Source of the DNA: a virus
Taxonomy: Duplodnaviria > Heunggongvirae > Uroviricota > Caudoviricetes
Virus record (IMG/VR): IMGVR_UViG_3300037882_002341
Span: 64,958 to 128,957 of that record
Length of the DNA: 64,000 nucleotides
Strand: one strand, 5' to 3'
Positions within the stretch are counted from its first letter, which is position 1. The number at the start of each line of letters is the position of its first letter. The position numbers and the translations under genes are program-made. The notes under the pieces are model-generated. The model was not told where the DNA came from and searched no databases. It worked only from the letters and a program-made list of their open reading frames with translations. This document shows positions 49,434 to 58,359 of the stretch, in pieces.

Positions 49434-50519
49434 CTATTCATCTAACCTTGGACGATGATACACAGCAAACTTAGGGATACCATCTTTGGTACGATCCCAA
49501 TATTTAAACGTGATCTTCTGACCAACTTCAAAGATCACAGGCGTAATCCATTCAGGTAGAGCCTCACCAGGATGATCCCAGGCATATTGCACAGCCTTGT
49601 TCTTCTGGTCGCCACCCTTCTTCTCTGCTTCTAGTCCACGCTCAGAATCATTAAGACCAGCTACCTCAAATCTGTGGCCGGTTCCAACCTCTTCTACAAT
49701 AAGAGCCCCAAGCTTCCCACGAAGCCTAGAATTCTTCTTAGTAATCTTTCCAGAAGTAAAACCAACTATCACAGCTTCTGCGTCATAGAACTTCTTAACC
49801 TTAAGGAGGTCTTCTCTGGCTCTTCTAGGATTCCAGACGCTCTCTGCCCTGCGCAACATAACACCCTCACCATCACCCATGATTACATTATCTAAGAATT
49901 TGTATACATCCTGGGTATCTTTAGCAAGGGTCTGTCTATGAACACTCCAGTAATTTCCGTACCACTCTTTTTCCACAAAGTTCTTAACAAACACACTAAA
50001 TGGTCTTTCTATAAAGACCAGATCTTTGCACCTGTTCTGCGCCCACTCAGCCATATTTGGAAGCTGAGCTTCCCAGTCTAAGATATGAACTCTACCTGCA
50101 CGTAAGAACTGATTTGGGCTAGGATTATCGAACACCTTATAATAAAGCTTAGCCCACTCCTCGTCCTTACTATGAGCTCTGGTAATAGAAACTATATCTT
50201 GCAGGCTAGTACCCTGATTCCAGAGCTCACCATCAAGGAATAGATTTCTGGGCAGATCTTCTGTAAACCACGCAGGGGCGTGGATAACCTTACCACCCCT
50301 GCTCCACAATCCCGTGCTGATATGCTCACCACCGCTGACGGCAGTATTAGCATAAGGCACCACACCAGCGGGTAACCCTATACTAATACCACCATCCCAG
50401 AAACAACGCATACCATCGAGTTTCTCAGACATGTACCAGCCAGTGGGATCATTAACTTCGGGATCAAAAGTCCCCGCTAGCATGAGAAACTCTCTCTTAT
50501 TTAGATCTCTGGCTGCCAT
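49434..50519 (-). CDS. lig: ATP-dependent DNA ligase (minimal type)
   Basis: Motif I WYMSEKLDGMR, III FLDGELW, IIIa YKVFD, IV GEGVMLR, V LLKVK, and OB-fold RFEVAGL...TFKY. Confidence 0.93.
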   Translation of the reverse strand: MAARDLNKREFLMLAGTFDPEVNDPTGWYMSEKLDGMRCFWDGGISIGLPAGVVPYANTAVSGGEHISTGLWSRGGKVIHAPAWFTEDLPRNLFLDGELWNQGTSLQDIVSITRAHSKDEEWAKLYYKVFDNPSPNQFLRAGRVHILDWEAQLPNMAEWAQNRCKDLVFIERPFSVFVKNFVEKEWYGNYWSVHRQTLAKDTQDVYKFLDNVIMGDGEGVMLRRAESVWNPRRAREDLLKVKKFYDAEAVIVGFTSGKITKKNSRLRGKLGALIVEEVGTGHRFEVAGLNDSERGLEAEKKGGDQKNKAVQYAWDHPGEALPEWITPVIFEVGQKITFKYWDRTKDGIPKFAVYHRPRLDE

Positions 50520-50531
50520 TTTATCTACACC

Positions 50532-50816
50532 TCAAAAAGATCTGATCACAAAAGCTGTAAGTCTATTTTTGTGGGTTCTAAGCTTTCTAATTCTGGCGGC
50601 AACAGCAAAAGCCTTCTTGCGCGTAGAGAACCCGAAAACGAGATCTCTCTCACCGCTTGTTAGACTAGTTCCCGTACCCAGAAGATTGCTCTCGCCACCC
50701 ACTTTCTCAATACGATCATCAAGAGAGCCAGACCATCCATCGTAGCCCACAAGAATCTCATAGTTAATAGTCACTATCTTCTTACTCTTACTCTTGCTCT
50801 TAGTCTTCTTACTCAT
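50532..50816 (-). CDS. Hypothetical basic protein
   Basis: 94 aa, AGGAG SD, Lys-rich N-terminus. Confidence 0.7.
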   Translation of the reverse strand: MSKKTKSKSKSKKIVTINYEILVGYDGWSGSLDDRIEKVGGESNLLGTGTSLTSGERDLVFGFSTRKKAFAVAARIRKLRTHKNRLTAFVIRSF

Positions 50817-50924
50817 AACAACTCCTAGAATAGAGCAATGATAACCATAGCGAAATCATCAACCAGCTCCATGGCTAGATTGATATCAATTCTCTGTGTT
50901 ACCATAAACGCTCTCTGACCAACA

Positions 50925-50957
50925 CAAAAAAGCACGCCGTGCACCATGCACGGCGTG
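50925..50957 (-). terminator. Rho-independent terminator
   Basis: Perfect 11-bp stem CACGCCGTGCA/TGCACGGCGTG with a 3-nt loop, followed by CTTTTTTG on the minus strand. Confidence 0.8.
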
Positions 50958-51025
50958 TGTCTAATCAAAAGTTCCAATTTGCTCATACACCATTCTCTCA
51001 CACGGGAGGGACATAGATTAAGAGT

Positions 51026-51370
51026 TTATGGTGCAGAACCTCCTTCTGCCTCGGCAGAGGACTTAGCAATAACTACACCATCGGGTACCTTAATAAAAGG
51101 AGAACTGGCCTCTAGTACGGTACTTGCTCTGGGGATATTCTCGCCATCAATGTGCTCTATCCCCTCAAGAGTCCAGCCGGGGATGGTTAGATCCATACCC
51201 CATCTTTTAGTACCGCATTTTGCCGTTATCTGTATACCAACTTCAGACTCTTTACCATCCTTAGAGACACAACAAGCTAAATAGCTAGCTATATTGGGTA
51301 TGATATTAAAGAACTCTTGAACATCTACCTCTGTTGTATCTGATGTAAGCTTCCTCTCAGGAAGTTTCAT
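51026..51370 (-). CDS. Hypothetical protein
   Basis: 114 aa, AGGAGG SD. Confidence 0.7.
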   Translation of the reverse strand: MKLPERKLTSDTTEVDVQEFFNIIPNIASYLACCVSKDGKESEVGIQITAKCGTKRWGMDLTIPGWTLEGIEHIDGENIPRASTVLEASSPFIKVPDGVVIAKSSAEAEGGSAP

Positions 51371-51373
51371 AAT

Positions 51374-51721
51374 CTAGACCTCCTTTTCAGGGATTACGGC
51401 AAGAAGACTACCAGTCGCAATAAACAGCCAGTTCTCCCTAGTCTTCTCATCTGCGAAAACATTGGCAGAAGTCCGAGGGAAAAGGACCCTATCACCTACG
51501 GAAACATTAGGCCTAATAAGGGTACCATTATCATAGTAACCCTCACCAACAGCCATGATCCTACCCGTACTCAGGAACTGAGTCTCCTTAGAAATATTGG
51601 GAAGATACAGACCACCGGCAGTCTTCTCTGCAGCACTGTCCTCCTTAATAAGGACAAGAGTGCCAAGAGGCTTTGGTAACTGACTTCTGCTTTCCATTTT
51701 TGCAAAACTCTTATCGTTCAT
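51374..51721 (-). CDS. groES: Co-chaperonin GroES
   Basis: KPLGTLVLIK, mobile loop EKTAGGLYLP, GRIMAVGEG, VSVGDRVLF; start set at ATG 51721 (AGGAG SD). Confidence 0.92.
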   Translation of the reverse strand: MNDKSFAKMESRSQLPKPLGTLVLIKEDSAAEKTAGGLYLPNISKETQFLSTGRIMAVGEGYYDNGTLIRPNVSVGDRVLFPRTSANVFADEKTRENWLFIATGSLLAVIPEKEV

Positions 51722-51736
51722 AACAACTCCTAAAAT

Positions 51737-51755
51737 GCACAATTTATAATTGTGC
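51737..51755 (-). other. Intergenic hairpin with TATAAAT core
   Basis: GCACAATT-ATA-AATTGTGC 8-bp stem on the minus strand, followed by ATTTTAGGAG. Confidence 0.45.
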
Positions 51756-51976
51756 TAACCTATTTCGCACACTTCTTTATCCCGCCCAAGATAATACTCT
51801 TTACAAGCCCTGCAACTAGTTCTACTGTAATAATATTCATACCACGGATCACGCCAACAATATTTTCCGATAGTTACTGTTTGACACACAACTGGCCATA
51901 TGTGTTTGCTCTTGCGATTGGCAAGCTTATAAGGAACAAAAGATACACTAATACCATTACCTTGTGAATCGCTCAC
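51755..51976 (-). CDS. Small Cys/aromatic-rich hypothetical protein
   Basis: GTG start overlapping the nrdJ stop (TAGTG); 73 aa. Confidence 0.55.
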   Translation of the reverse strand: MSDSQGNGISVSFVPYKLANRKSKHIWPVVCQTVTIGKYCWRDPWYEYYYSRTSCRACKEYYLGRDKEVCEIG

Positions 51977-54186
51977 TAACCTATTCCCCACACAACTTCA
52001 CAAGCAGGACCCTCGCATGCAGATACCGACTGGGGACTTGTCGTATCAGAGTTCTCTTTCATCTCACGATAATCTACGGGAGTGTAATTCTCCAGTATCT
52101 CATTCCACCTTGCTTCATCTGCCTTGGTGGTGACTTCCTCTCTGGGAGCCTGGGGATAAATCTTATCTCCTGACCACGGCAGGAAACTCATAGACACCAT
52201 ACGGTGTCTGTTTTCCCATACATAGTTCTCTACCAGATCCCACTCTTCTGGACGTACACTTAAAGTGCAAGACACATTGTGTGTTAAACCATAGCTAGAT
52301 GTCCAATTGGCCGTACCAGGGAGAATCCAATTCTCATAAGTACTAAACACCTTATCCAGCATCTGGATAGCCGTAAGATCATTTCTAATAACAGCTACAT
52401 CAGGAGCCTGAATAGGAAACTCTATAACCCAATCCACATCGTTATAGACAGACTTAACACACATATGTGGATTGATAGACTTAAAGTACTGGAACACAGG
52501 TTCTGTGTGATTAGCTGTCACTCTTCTTAGATATCTACGAGCATGATGAGGATGAATACCACTGCCAACACAACCAAGAACAAGACTTGCTGTCCCAGAA
52601 GGCTTAACCGTAGTGACCCTATAGGCGGGATTAATCCCAAGTAATGCAGCCACTCTAATATTCTCAGCAACAGCTGCCTTAGCCGCTCTTGTCTGGAACA
52701 CAGGATCCTGGGTAATAGGACTATCCATTATTCCAGTGATGGACACACCCAACAGAGCTTCTCTTCTTGCTATAGCCTCAGTAATAGCGCCAAGATATGC
52801 AAAGTCGGTGTACGCAGCCTGGTATGTGCCTATTCTAGCTGCCATAATAGCGGCCTTAATAAACTCACTCTCAGAGTGAATCTCAGATCCATTGATCTCT
52901 GTCAAATTACAGAATGCCCAGCCAGTTTTACCTGTCTTGGGCTCAACAGGATTGAGTCCAATCTCTGAACACGGATTGTATCCGTGATCGGGATGTACCA
53001 AAAAGATAAATCCAGGCTCGCCAAATTCCTTAACACATCGGAAGATATTGGTAAATATTCTCTTGTTTTGCTCGTGGTTCCCACGGATAAGAACAGCGCT
53101 ATTGTTAGCCAATCTGCGCTGACCATTGCTGGTAATCCAGTCTCCCGTCTTACACTGCATCATCTCAGCATCTTCTGGGCTAAACAGAGCAATCAAACTA
53201 CTACGTCTGATACCACCAGCTAGAACGCCACTGGCCACATGGCAATTAATATCATGACACTCAATGGGCTTAAGTTTTCTACCCAAGGCACCATTGAGAA
53301 TCTTTCTAACATTCTCAAGCAGCTCCTTTAGTGGCACATGGCCTGGGGCTAGACCTCCAGAGGTCTTTAAAGGCACACCTTGTAATCTTATTTTAGAATA
53401 GTCATAGTCAACATAAATGCCGGCCCCATTGCTACCTTCAAAATAAGAACCGACAAGGACACCAAGGGCATTCGCCCAACCCTCAATACTGTCTTCGACA
53501 GTATGCCAAGACACAAAAGTACGATCTATTGAATCAACTAGCGGTGGCAACTTATCAACATGGCAATACTGCACACTGTAGCCAGTGCCACAGCCAGCCA
53601 GAAGCAAGTAGAACATCTCCTGGAAGAATCTCGGGCGATCTACCAAGCTAAAGGAACAGTTATACCCTCTGGCGTTTAAGCTCTCAATAGCTTTCCCGCC
53701 AAACTGTAAGCTACGCATAGAAGGAAGAATCTTCTTATCATATACCAGTTGGAATGCTTCTACTATCTCGCTCTCTAAGTGTGGCCATCTCTTGGTATGC
53801 ATCAACATATTTCTAGCAGAACTCTCTTTCCATGTTTCTCTTCTACCAGAAACAGGATTAAAGCGAGAGTATTTTGCAGCATGAATATAATCAGACATCA
53901 TGCTTTTACTAGGCTTCCTACGAGCTTCTCTAAGCTTCCTTCTCTCCTCACGATAAAGGATGTATTTCTTAGCTATCTCTGGATAGCCCTGAGACATAAG
54001 AGACTTCTCTACGACATCCTGGATCTCTTCTACAGAAGCAACATTTCTGTCGAGTTCTCTAACAGCAGCCTCGGCAACAACATCTATCGCAGTTGAGCTA
54101 AGACCAGCCTTGGCAACAGCACTCTTAATCTTATCTATTGTAAAATCTTCCAGTGACTCATCTCTCTTAACAACATGCTTAAGCAT
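51976..54186 (-). CDS. nrdJ: Class II (adenosylcobalamin-dependent) ribonucleotide reductase with N-terminal ATP cone
   Basis: ATP cone VVKRDESLEDFTIDKI...VEEIQDVVEKSL; LPSMRSLQFGG, YNCSF, YNPCSEI, FCNLTEIN, TTVKPSGTAS; C-terminal CEGPAC cysteine pair. Confidence 0.9.
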   Translation of the reverse strand: MLKHVVKRDESLEDFTIDKIKSAVAKAGLSSTAIDVVAEAAVRELDRNVASVEEIQDVVEKSLMSQGYPEIAKKYILYREERRKLREARRKPSKSMMSDYIHAAKYSRFNPVSGRRETWKESSARNMLMHTKRWPHLESEIVEAFQLVYDKKILPSMRSLQFGGKAIESLNARGYNCSFSLVDRPRFFQEMFYLLLAGCGTGYSVQYCHVDKLPPLVDSIDRTFVSWHTVEDSIEGWANALGVLVGSYFEGSNGAGIYVDYDYSKIRLQGVPLKTSGGLAPGHVPLKELLENVRKILNGALGRKLKPIECHDINCHVASGVLAGGIRRSSLIALFSPEDAEMMQCKTGDWITSNGQRRLANNSAVLIRGNHEQNKRIFTNIFRCVKEFGEPGFIFLVHPDHGYNPCSEIGLNPVEPKTGKTGWAFCNLTEINGSEIHSESEFIKAAIMAARIGTYQAAYTDFAYLGAITEAIARREALLGVSITGIMDSPITQDPVFQTRAAKAAVAENIRVAALLGINPAYRVTTVKPSGTASLVLGCVGSGIHPHHARRYLRRVTANHTEPVFQYFKSINPHMCVKSVYNDVDWVIEFPIQAPDVAVIRNDLTAIQMLDKVFSTYENWILPGTANWTSSYGLTHNVSCTLSVRPEEWDLVENYVWENRHRMVSMSFLPWSGDKIYPQAPREEVTTKADEARWNEILENYTPVDYREMKENSDTTSPQSVSACEGPACEVVWGIG

Positions 54187-54409
54187 CAATTACCTCAATT
54201 GTAATCTTACACAGATACCAATTCTGTTGTCTTTCAATCTCCTCTTCCTCTAAATAGTTTATAGCTTCTTTAGGAGACTCAAACAACTGATCCAATGGAT
54301 ACTCATATTCAAAACCAGACCATGGAAGCACTAGACGAATCATACCCTGATCATCAACAACAAGAGCCTCCATCCACCTATACCAAACCTCGTTATCTGG
54401 CTTAACCAT
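54179..54409 (-). CDS. Hypothetical protein
   Basis: 76 aa, TAATG-coupled to thyA. Confidence 0.65.
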   Translation of the reverse strand: MVKPDNEVWYRWMEALVVDDQGMIRLVLPWSGFEYEYPLDQLFESPKEAINYLEEEEIERQQNWYLCKITIEVIDA

Positions 54410-55410
54410 TACACAGCAACCTTAAAAGAAATTGCGGGATGAGGATGATAATCCTCTAGCTTAAATAGGTCAAGTATTTCCTCTGTAGAAGCATTGCTTT
54501 TCACAAGATCATCTATGTCTTGTAAAGACTGGATCTTGTCACTTATCTTAAGTGACGGTAATGGACGTGGATTTCTACTCAATTGCTCAGCAAGACCAGG
54601 GAAGTGATCATACTCCTTTTTACTACCATCTTCACAAGCAGTATAGACATGCATATCCACAATGGAGTGGGCAAAGACACCTGGCTCATAGCCCACAAAT
54701 CTAGCGTAAAGTGGCAATAGAAATCCACCATAACCAGCCATGTTAAAAGGTAAACCAAGAGCAACATCGCAGGATCTTTGTGTAAGATGCAAATTTAGAC
54801 GAGGAAGATCACCCCTCTTGGCGTGAATATTCAATACATGAAACACATGACACGGAGGTATCGAAGAGCCAACAACATTTCTAGGATCCCAACTCGTAAT
54901 ACAAGCCTGTCTCGTAGCGGGATTAGATTTAAGTAAATCTATAGCCCACTTAACCTGATCAATATAAAAGGGAAGACCCTCTTGGTGTTCAAAATACGTA
55001 ACGGGTCTACTAAACCTACGCCAGAAGTTTCCATATGCACTCGGTACAACCTTACGAGTTGTGATCCTGGGCTCGGAGATAGGTAAATCAAGAGCATCAG
55101 CCTCTCCATTAAAAACAGGAGGACTCTCGCTTAACATAACTGGTTCATTTATGATCCAAGGATCCCAGAAATGAACATCATGCTTATGCAAGAAATCTAC
55201 AGTTGGCTCACCGCTTAAGAACCAAAGATTCTCTATTACTATATTCTTCCAGGAAATCTTTTTCGTAGTAAGAAGAGGAATACCATTCTTTCCTACGTCA
55301 TGAGTATAGTTATAGTTAAACACGCCCAGGGTGTCAACACCTCCTCTTGTGCTTATCTTTCTTTCCCCATGCTCCATGATATGCTCTAATATATCAAGAT
55401 ACTGAAACAT
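54409..55410 (-). CDS. thyA: Thymidylate synthase ThyA
   Basis: PLLTTKK, ENLWFLSG, AYGNFWR, PPCH catalytic Cys, QRSCDVALGLPFN, DMHVY. Confidence 0.95.
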   Translation of the reverse strand: MFQYLDILEHIMEHGERKISTRGGVDTLGVFNYNYTHDVGKNGIPLLTTKKISWKNIVIENLWFLSGEPTVDFLHKHDVHFWDPWIINEPVMLSESPPVFNGEADALDLPISEPRITTRKVVPSAYGNFWRRFSRPVTYFEHQEGLPFYIDQVKWAIDLLKSNPATRQACITSWDPRNVVGSSIPPCHVFHVLNIHAKRGDLPRLNLHLTQRSCDVALGLPFNMAGYGGFLLPLYARFVGYEPGVFAHSIVDMHVYTACEDGSKKEYDHFPGLAEQLSRNPRPLPSLKISDKIQSLQDIDDLVKSNASTEEILDLFKLEDYHPHPAISFKVAV

Positions 55411-55795
55411 CGATACCTATCTCCTTTAGATCTTCTACTAGATCATCTTTCTTTTCAGTAATAACTCTCTTACGTCTCTTCTTCTTGATCGGCTTGAGTT
55501 CTAATGGCTCGTCTACTCGAGACCGTATAACGTGCTCCTTAAGGACAACCCTTATAATAAGATCATCAGGAGACACATAGACAACAAAGATCTCCTGATC
55601 CTGTAGAAGCATTTTCATAATCCACAGGGACTCTCCAGAGTCATTTCCCTCATCTCTGTGAACAATTTGTTCCACCCTAAAATGACGAGCGTCACTACAA
55701 AGTGTGTCGTAATCTTTTCTAGAGAAGGTCTTAATCTTATAAATACTCTTAAGACCACTCTTTATCTGCGGATAATAATCTTCTCTTCTTTTCAT
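55394..55795 (-). CDS. Hypothetical protein
   Basis: 133 aa, ATGA overlap with def. Confidence 0.65.
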   Translation of the reverse strand: MKRREDYYPQIKSGLKSIYKIKTFSRKDYDTLCSDARHFRVEQIVHRDEGNDSGESLWIMKMLLQDQEIFVVYVSPDDLIIRVVLKEHVIRSRVDEPLELKPIKKKRRKRVITEKKDDLVEDLKEIGIDVSVS

Positions 55796-56478
55796 GCCAC
55801 CAAAGCTCCACGTCTTACGAATCTCTTTCTCTTCATCCCTTCTCTACAAGAAAGATCATTAATGACTAGTTTATTGAAAGCTTTATCCGCCAAACTAAAC
55901 TTATCTATAATGGTAAGACCATTCAAATGATCTATCTCATGTTGCACGATACGCGCATTCCAATCATAGAACTCGGTACGGTTCTCAAATCCATCTCTAT
56001 CAAACCACGTAACACTTACCCAGTCTCTTCTTCTTATCGTACCAACGCAATCATCGCAACTCAGGCAAGCTTCTTTCATAGAAACCCACTCTCTACCATG
56101 GGTTTCAATAGAGGGATTTATCATGGGCACAAGATCTTTATCTTCTCGCGCACCAAACCAACACACACAGACTCTGTTATTAAAGCCTAGCTGATTAGAA
56201 GCTATACCAACCCCATTCAAAAGCTTGACAACCTTACACATCTTCTCAATTTGATCTTGTATTACCCCAAGATCACAAGTGGTAAGATCAACCTTCTTGG
56301 TCCAGGTCTTGAGAATCTTAGACGGCCATTTAACAACAGACTGATAAGCCTCTCTCTGCTCAGCTACCAAGACAAGATCCTCTTTTATCTTTTCTTCACT
56401 CTGGGTCTCCGAGATTTCTTTAAGGAGCCCGCTAAGGTCTTCTTTGAAATCAATTTTCTCTCCGGCCTTGTCTTCCAT
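55792..56478 (-). CDS. def: Peptide deformylase
   Basis: GVGIASNQ, EACLS and QHEIDHLNG motifs. Start is uncertain; TTG at 56370 after GAGGA gives a 192-aa product without overlap. Confidence 0.9.
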   Translation of the reverse strand: MEDKAGEKIDFKEDLSGLLKEISETQSEEKIKEDLVLVAEQREAYQSVVKWPSKILKTWTKKVDLTTCDLGVIQDQIEKMCKVVKLLNGVGIASNQLGFNNRVCVCWFGAREDKDLVPMINPSIETHGREWVSMKEACLSCDDCVGTIRRRDWVSVTWFDRDGFENRTEFYDWNARIVQHEIDHLNGLTIIDKFSLADKAFNKLVINDLSCREGMKRKRFVRRGALVA

Positions 56479-57095
56479 GGGCAATGTCCCTCTTCACGAA
56501 ACTTGTTTAAAATAATCCTAGACCAATTCTCAAGATTTAAAGTAAGCAACACATCCTCGGTAAGATGCCAACGCAATGACATATGCTCTTCATTAGGTCT
56601 AATGTCTAACCCCTTAGCATCAAACAAATACACTAAGCCAAAATGAACAGCACCAACAGGATCACTCCAGTCTTTCAATATCCCAAGAGGTTCTAATCTT
56701 GTGTCTAACATCTCACCAGAGACATCCTCACCATTAAACAAAAGCTCCTCAGAGAGTTCTCTCCTAATAGCGCCATCTATATTATCGTGTTCATCCCATG
56801 TCATATGCCCACCAAAGCCAATAGAGAATCTATTCTGAAGCCGCTCTTCACCAGGTCTTAATCTCTCATAAGACAATAATTTATTATCCTGATGGATAAT
56901 TACATATGGAATGGGTTGCTGATAAGAGGCATTGTATTCCAATATGCCTCTGGGCAAAACGACCATTGCTTCGCTTTCCCACAATCTATTTTTACAATGG
57001 GTTACATCACTAGGAGAAACATTAAATCCCTGAAGTAGAAAATTTCGAGGATGTAATAAGCTCTCGGTTCTATAAGCAACAATATACTCTTCCAT
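56385..57095 (-). CDS. NUDIX-fold hydrolase (COG4112/YmaB-like)
   Basis: QPIPYVII...YERL..GEERL...SIGFGGH...RRELSEEL...VGAVHFGLVY...ENWSRI. Confidence 0.8.
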   Translation of the reverse strand: MEEYIVAYRTESLLHPRNFLLQGFNVSPSDVTHCKNRLWESEAMVVLPRGILEYNASYQQPIPYVIIHQDNKLLSYERLRPGEERLQNRFSIGFGGHMTWDEHDNIDGAIRRELSEELLFNGEDVSGEMLDTRLEPLGILKDWSDPVGAVHFGLVYLFDAKGLDIRPNEEHMSLRWHLTEDVLLTLNLENWSRIILNKFREEGHCPWKTRPERKLISKKTLAGSLKKSRRPRVKKR

Positions 57096-57103
57096 ATTAA
57101 TAT

Positions 57104-57544
57104 CTAAGCCTTTCGCATATTCTCACGACAGTCTGAGCCACAGAACTTACGACGCTTATCAACAGAAGAAACCTCCACTCCACAGAACATACAGTGTATT
57201 ACACCTAGTCTTCTGTGCTTATCCCTATCCCTAGACTGCCCATTCTTACATTTCTTTCCACAATAACGTGAGTTGACAAAGGTGGTCTCAAAGAATGTAT
57301 GGCAAAAAAGACACTCTTTAGTCTCTACCTTGTGATACCTTCCTCTTAATAACTTTGTTTTAACAGGCTTAAATCTATCGAGAGCTATGGCTTCTCTAGC
57401 TTCCTCTGGAGTTGTGCAAACCTTTACCAGACTATTACACAACCTACATCTACCTTTTGAATCAACTCCATCAATCTCAAGCTCATGCTTTTGCTCGCAA
57501 ACCCAGGGAGTATAAATACTATACCACCTTTCTAATAGCATCAT
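57104..57544 (-). CDS. Cys-rich zinc-finger protein
   Basis: Two CxxC-x9/11-(Y/F)CxxxC units plus an N-terminal C..H/CxxC cluster. Confidence 0.65.
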   Translation of the reverse strand: MMLLERWYSIYTPWVCEQKHELEIDGVDSKGRCRLCNSLVKVCTTPEEAREAIALDRFKPVKTKLLRGRYHKVETKECLFCHTFFETTFVNSRYCGKKCKNGQSRDRDKHRRLGVIHCMFCGVEVSSVDKRRKFCGSDCRENMRKA

Positions 57545-57935
57545 GTTCCGACTTAGACCTAATGTAAATATCTCTACAGGTCTTATCTACATGATCAACA
57601 AGCTCATCTGTCAGACTGCCATTCTCATTGAGTAAAGTTCCCTGATGAGTCATCATTATGGCATTAAAAACATTAGGCATAAAAGCCATGATCAAGACAG
57701 ACTCAGAGGGAGAAGGTACCCATGGTCTGATTTTATGAACTTCTAGTACCAAATCTGGCCCTTGATCCACTAACAGGGCAAGAGCGTAGGTAATACTAAG
57801 ACTCTTACTAGCCTCAACAAGACAAGCCCATACCTCTTCATACTCGTCAACATTACGACTAAGGTCTGGAAGAGCTCTATCTATTATTTGCTTGGCTTCT
57901 GTATCTGTAATACCCGTACGATAGGAGTTAATCAT
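57519..57935 (-). CDS. Hypothetical protein
   Basis: 138-aa ORF in an operon-like run. Confidence 0.65.
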   Translation of the reverse strand: MINSYRTGITDTEAKQIIDRALPDLSRNVDEYEEVWACLVEASKSLSITYALALLVDQGPDLVLEVHKIRPWVPSPSESVLIMAFMPNVFNAIMMTHQGTLLNENGSLTDELVDHVDKTCRDIYIRSKSEHDAIRKVV

Positions 57936-57942
57936 TATGCAC

Positions 57943-58359
57943 CTAAGAAACCTTTTCTACAGGAGCAATATAGCCCCAGCCCCACTTCTCTTTCTGCTTC
58001 TTATTAATTCTAGCTATCTCTTCCTCATCCATAAGACCATTGGGGAAGGGTAAAAACTCTATAACATTATCAGGATCACTACCAGCGAGAGACAAAGCCA
58101 TAGCATTACCCTCATCTATATCAAAGTGCTTCCGCACTATCATATTTAAACCCTTAAGCCACTTAGGCCAAGAGTTCTTAGAGAATGGTTTCAGAAAACC
58201 AGAATCCGCTTCTGAAACATACAGTAAGACTATAGCGTCCTCACCATCCTTAACATGTTGCTTATTAGCTTGATCAAGAAGGTCCAGCATGAACCCAGAT
58301 TCCTCATAGGTATCCACACCTAAACCCCTGTTATTAAACGGAACATACAAAATCTTCAC
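57943..58359 (-). CDS. Hypothetical protein
   Basis: 138 aa, GTG start adjacent to the upstream stop, preceded by AGGAG. Confidence 0.65.
   Translation of the reverse strand: MKILYVPFNNRGLGVDTYEESGFMLDLLDQANKQHVKDGEDAIVLLYVSEADSGFLKPFSKNSWPKWLKGLNMIVRKHFDIDEGNAMALSLAGSDPDNVIEFLPFPNGLMDEEEIARINKKQKEKWGWGYIAPVEKVS

Noticed and set aside
54409-55410. ThyA homolog as a dCMP hydroxymethylase
   Set aside because: It retains the Asn in GLPFN typical of dUMP-specific enzymes.
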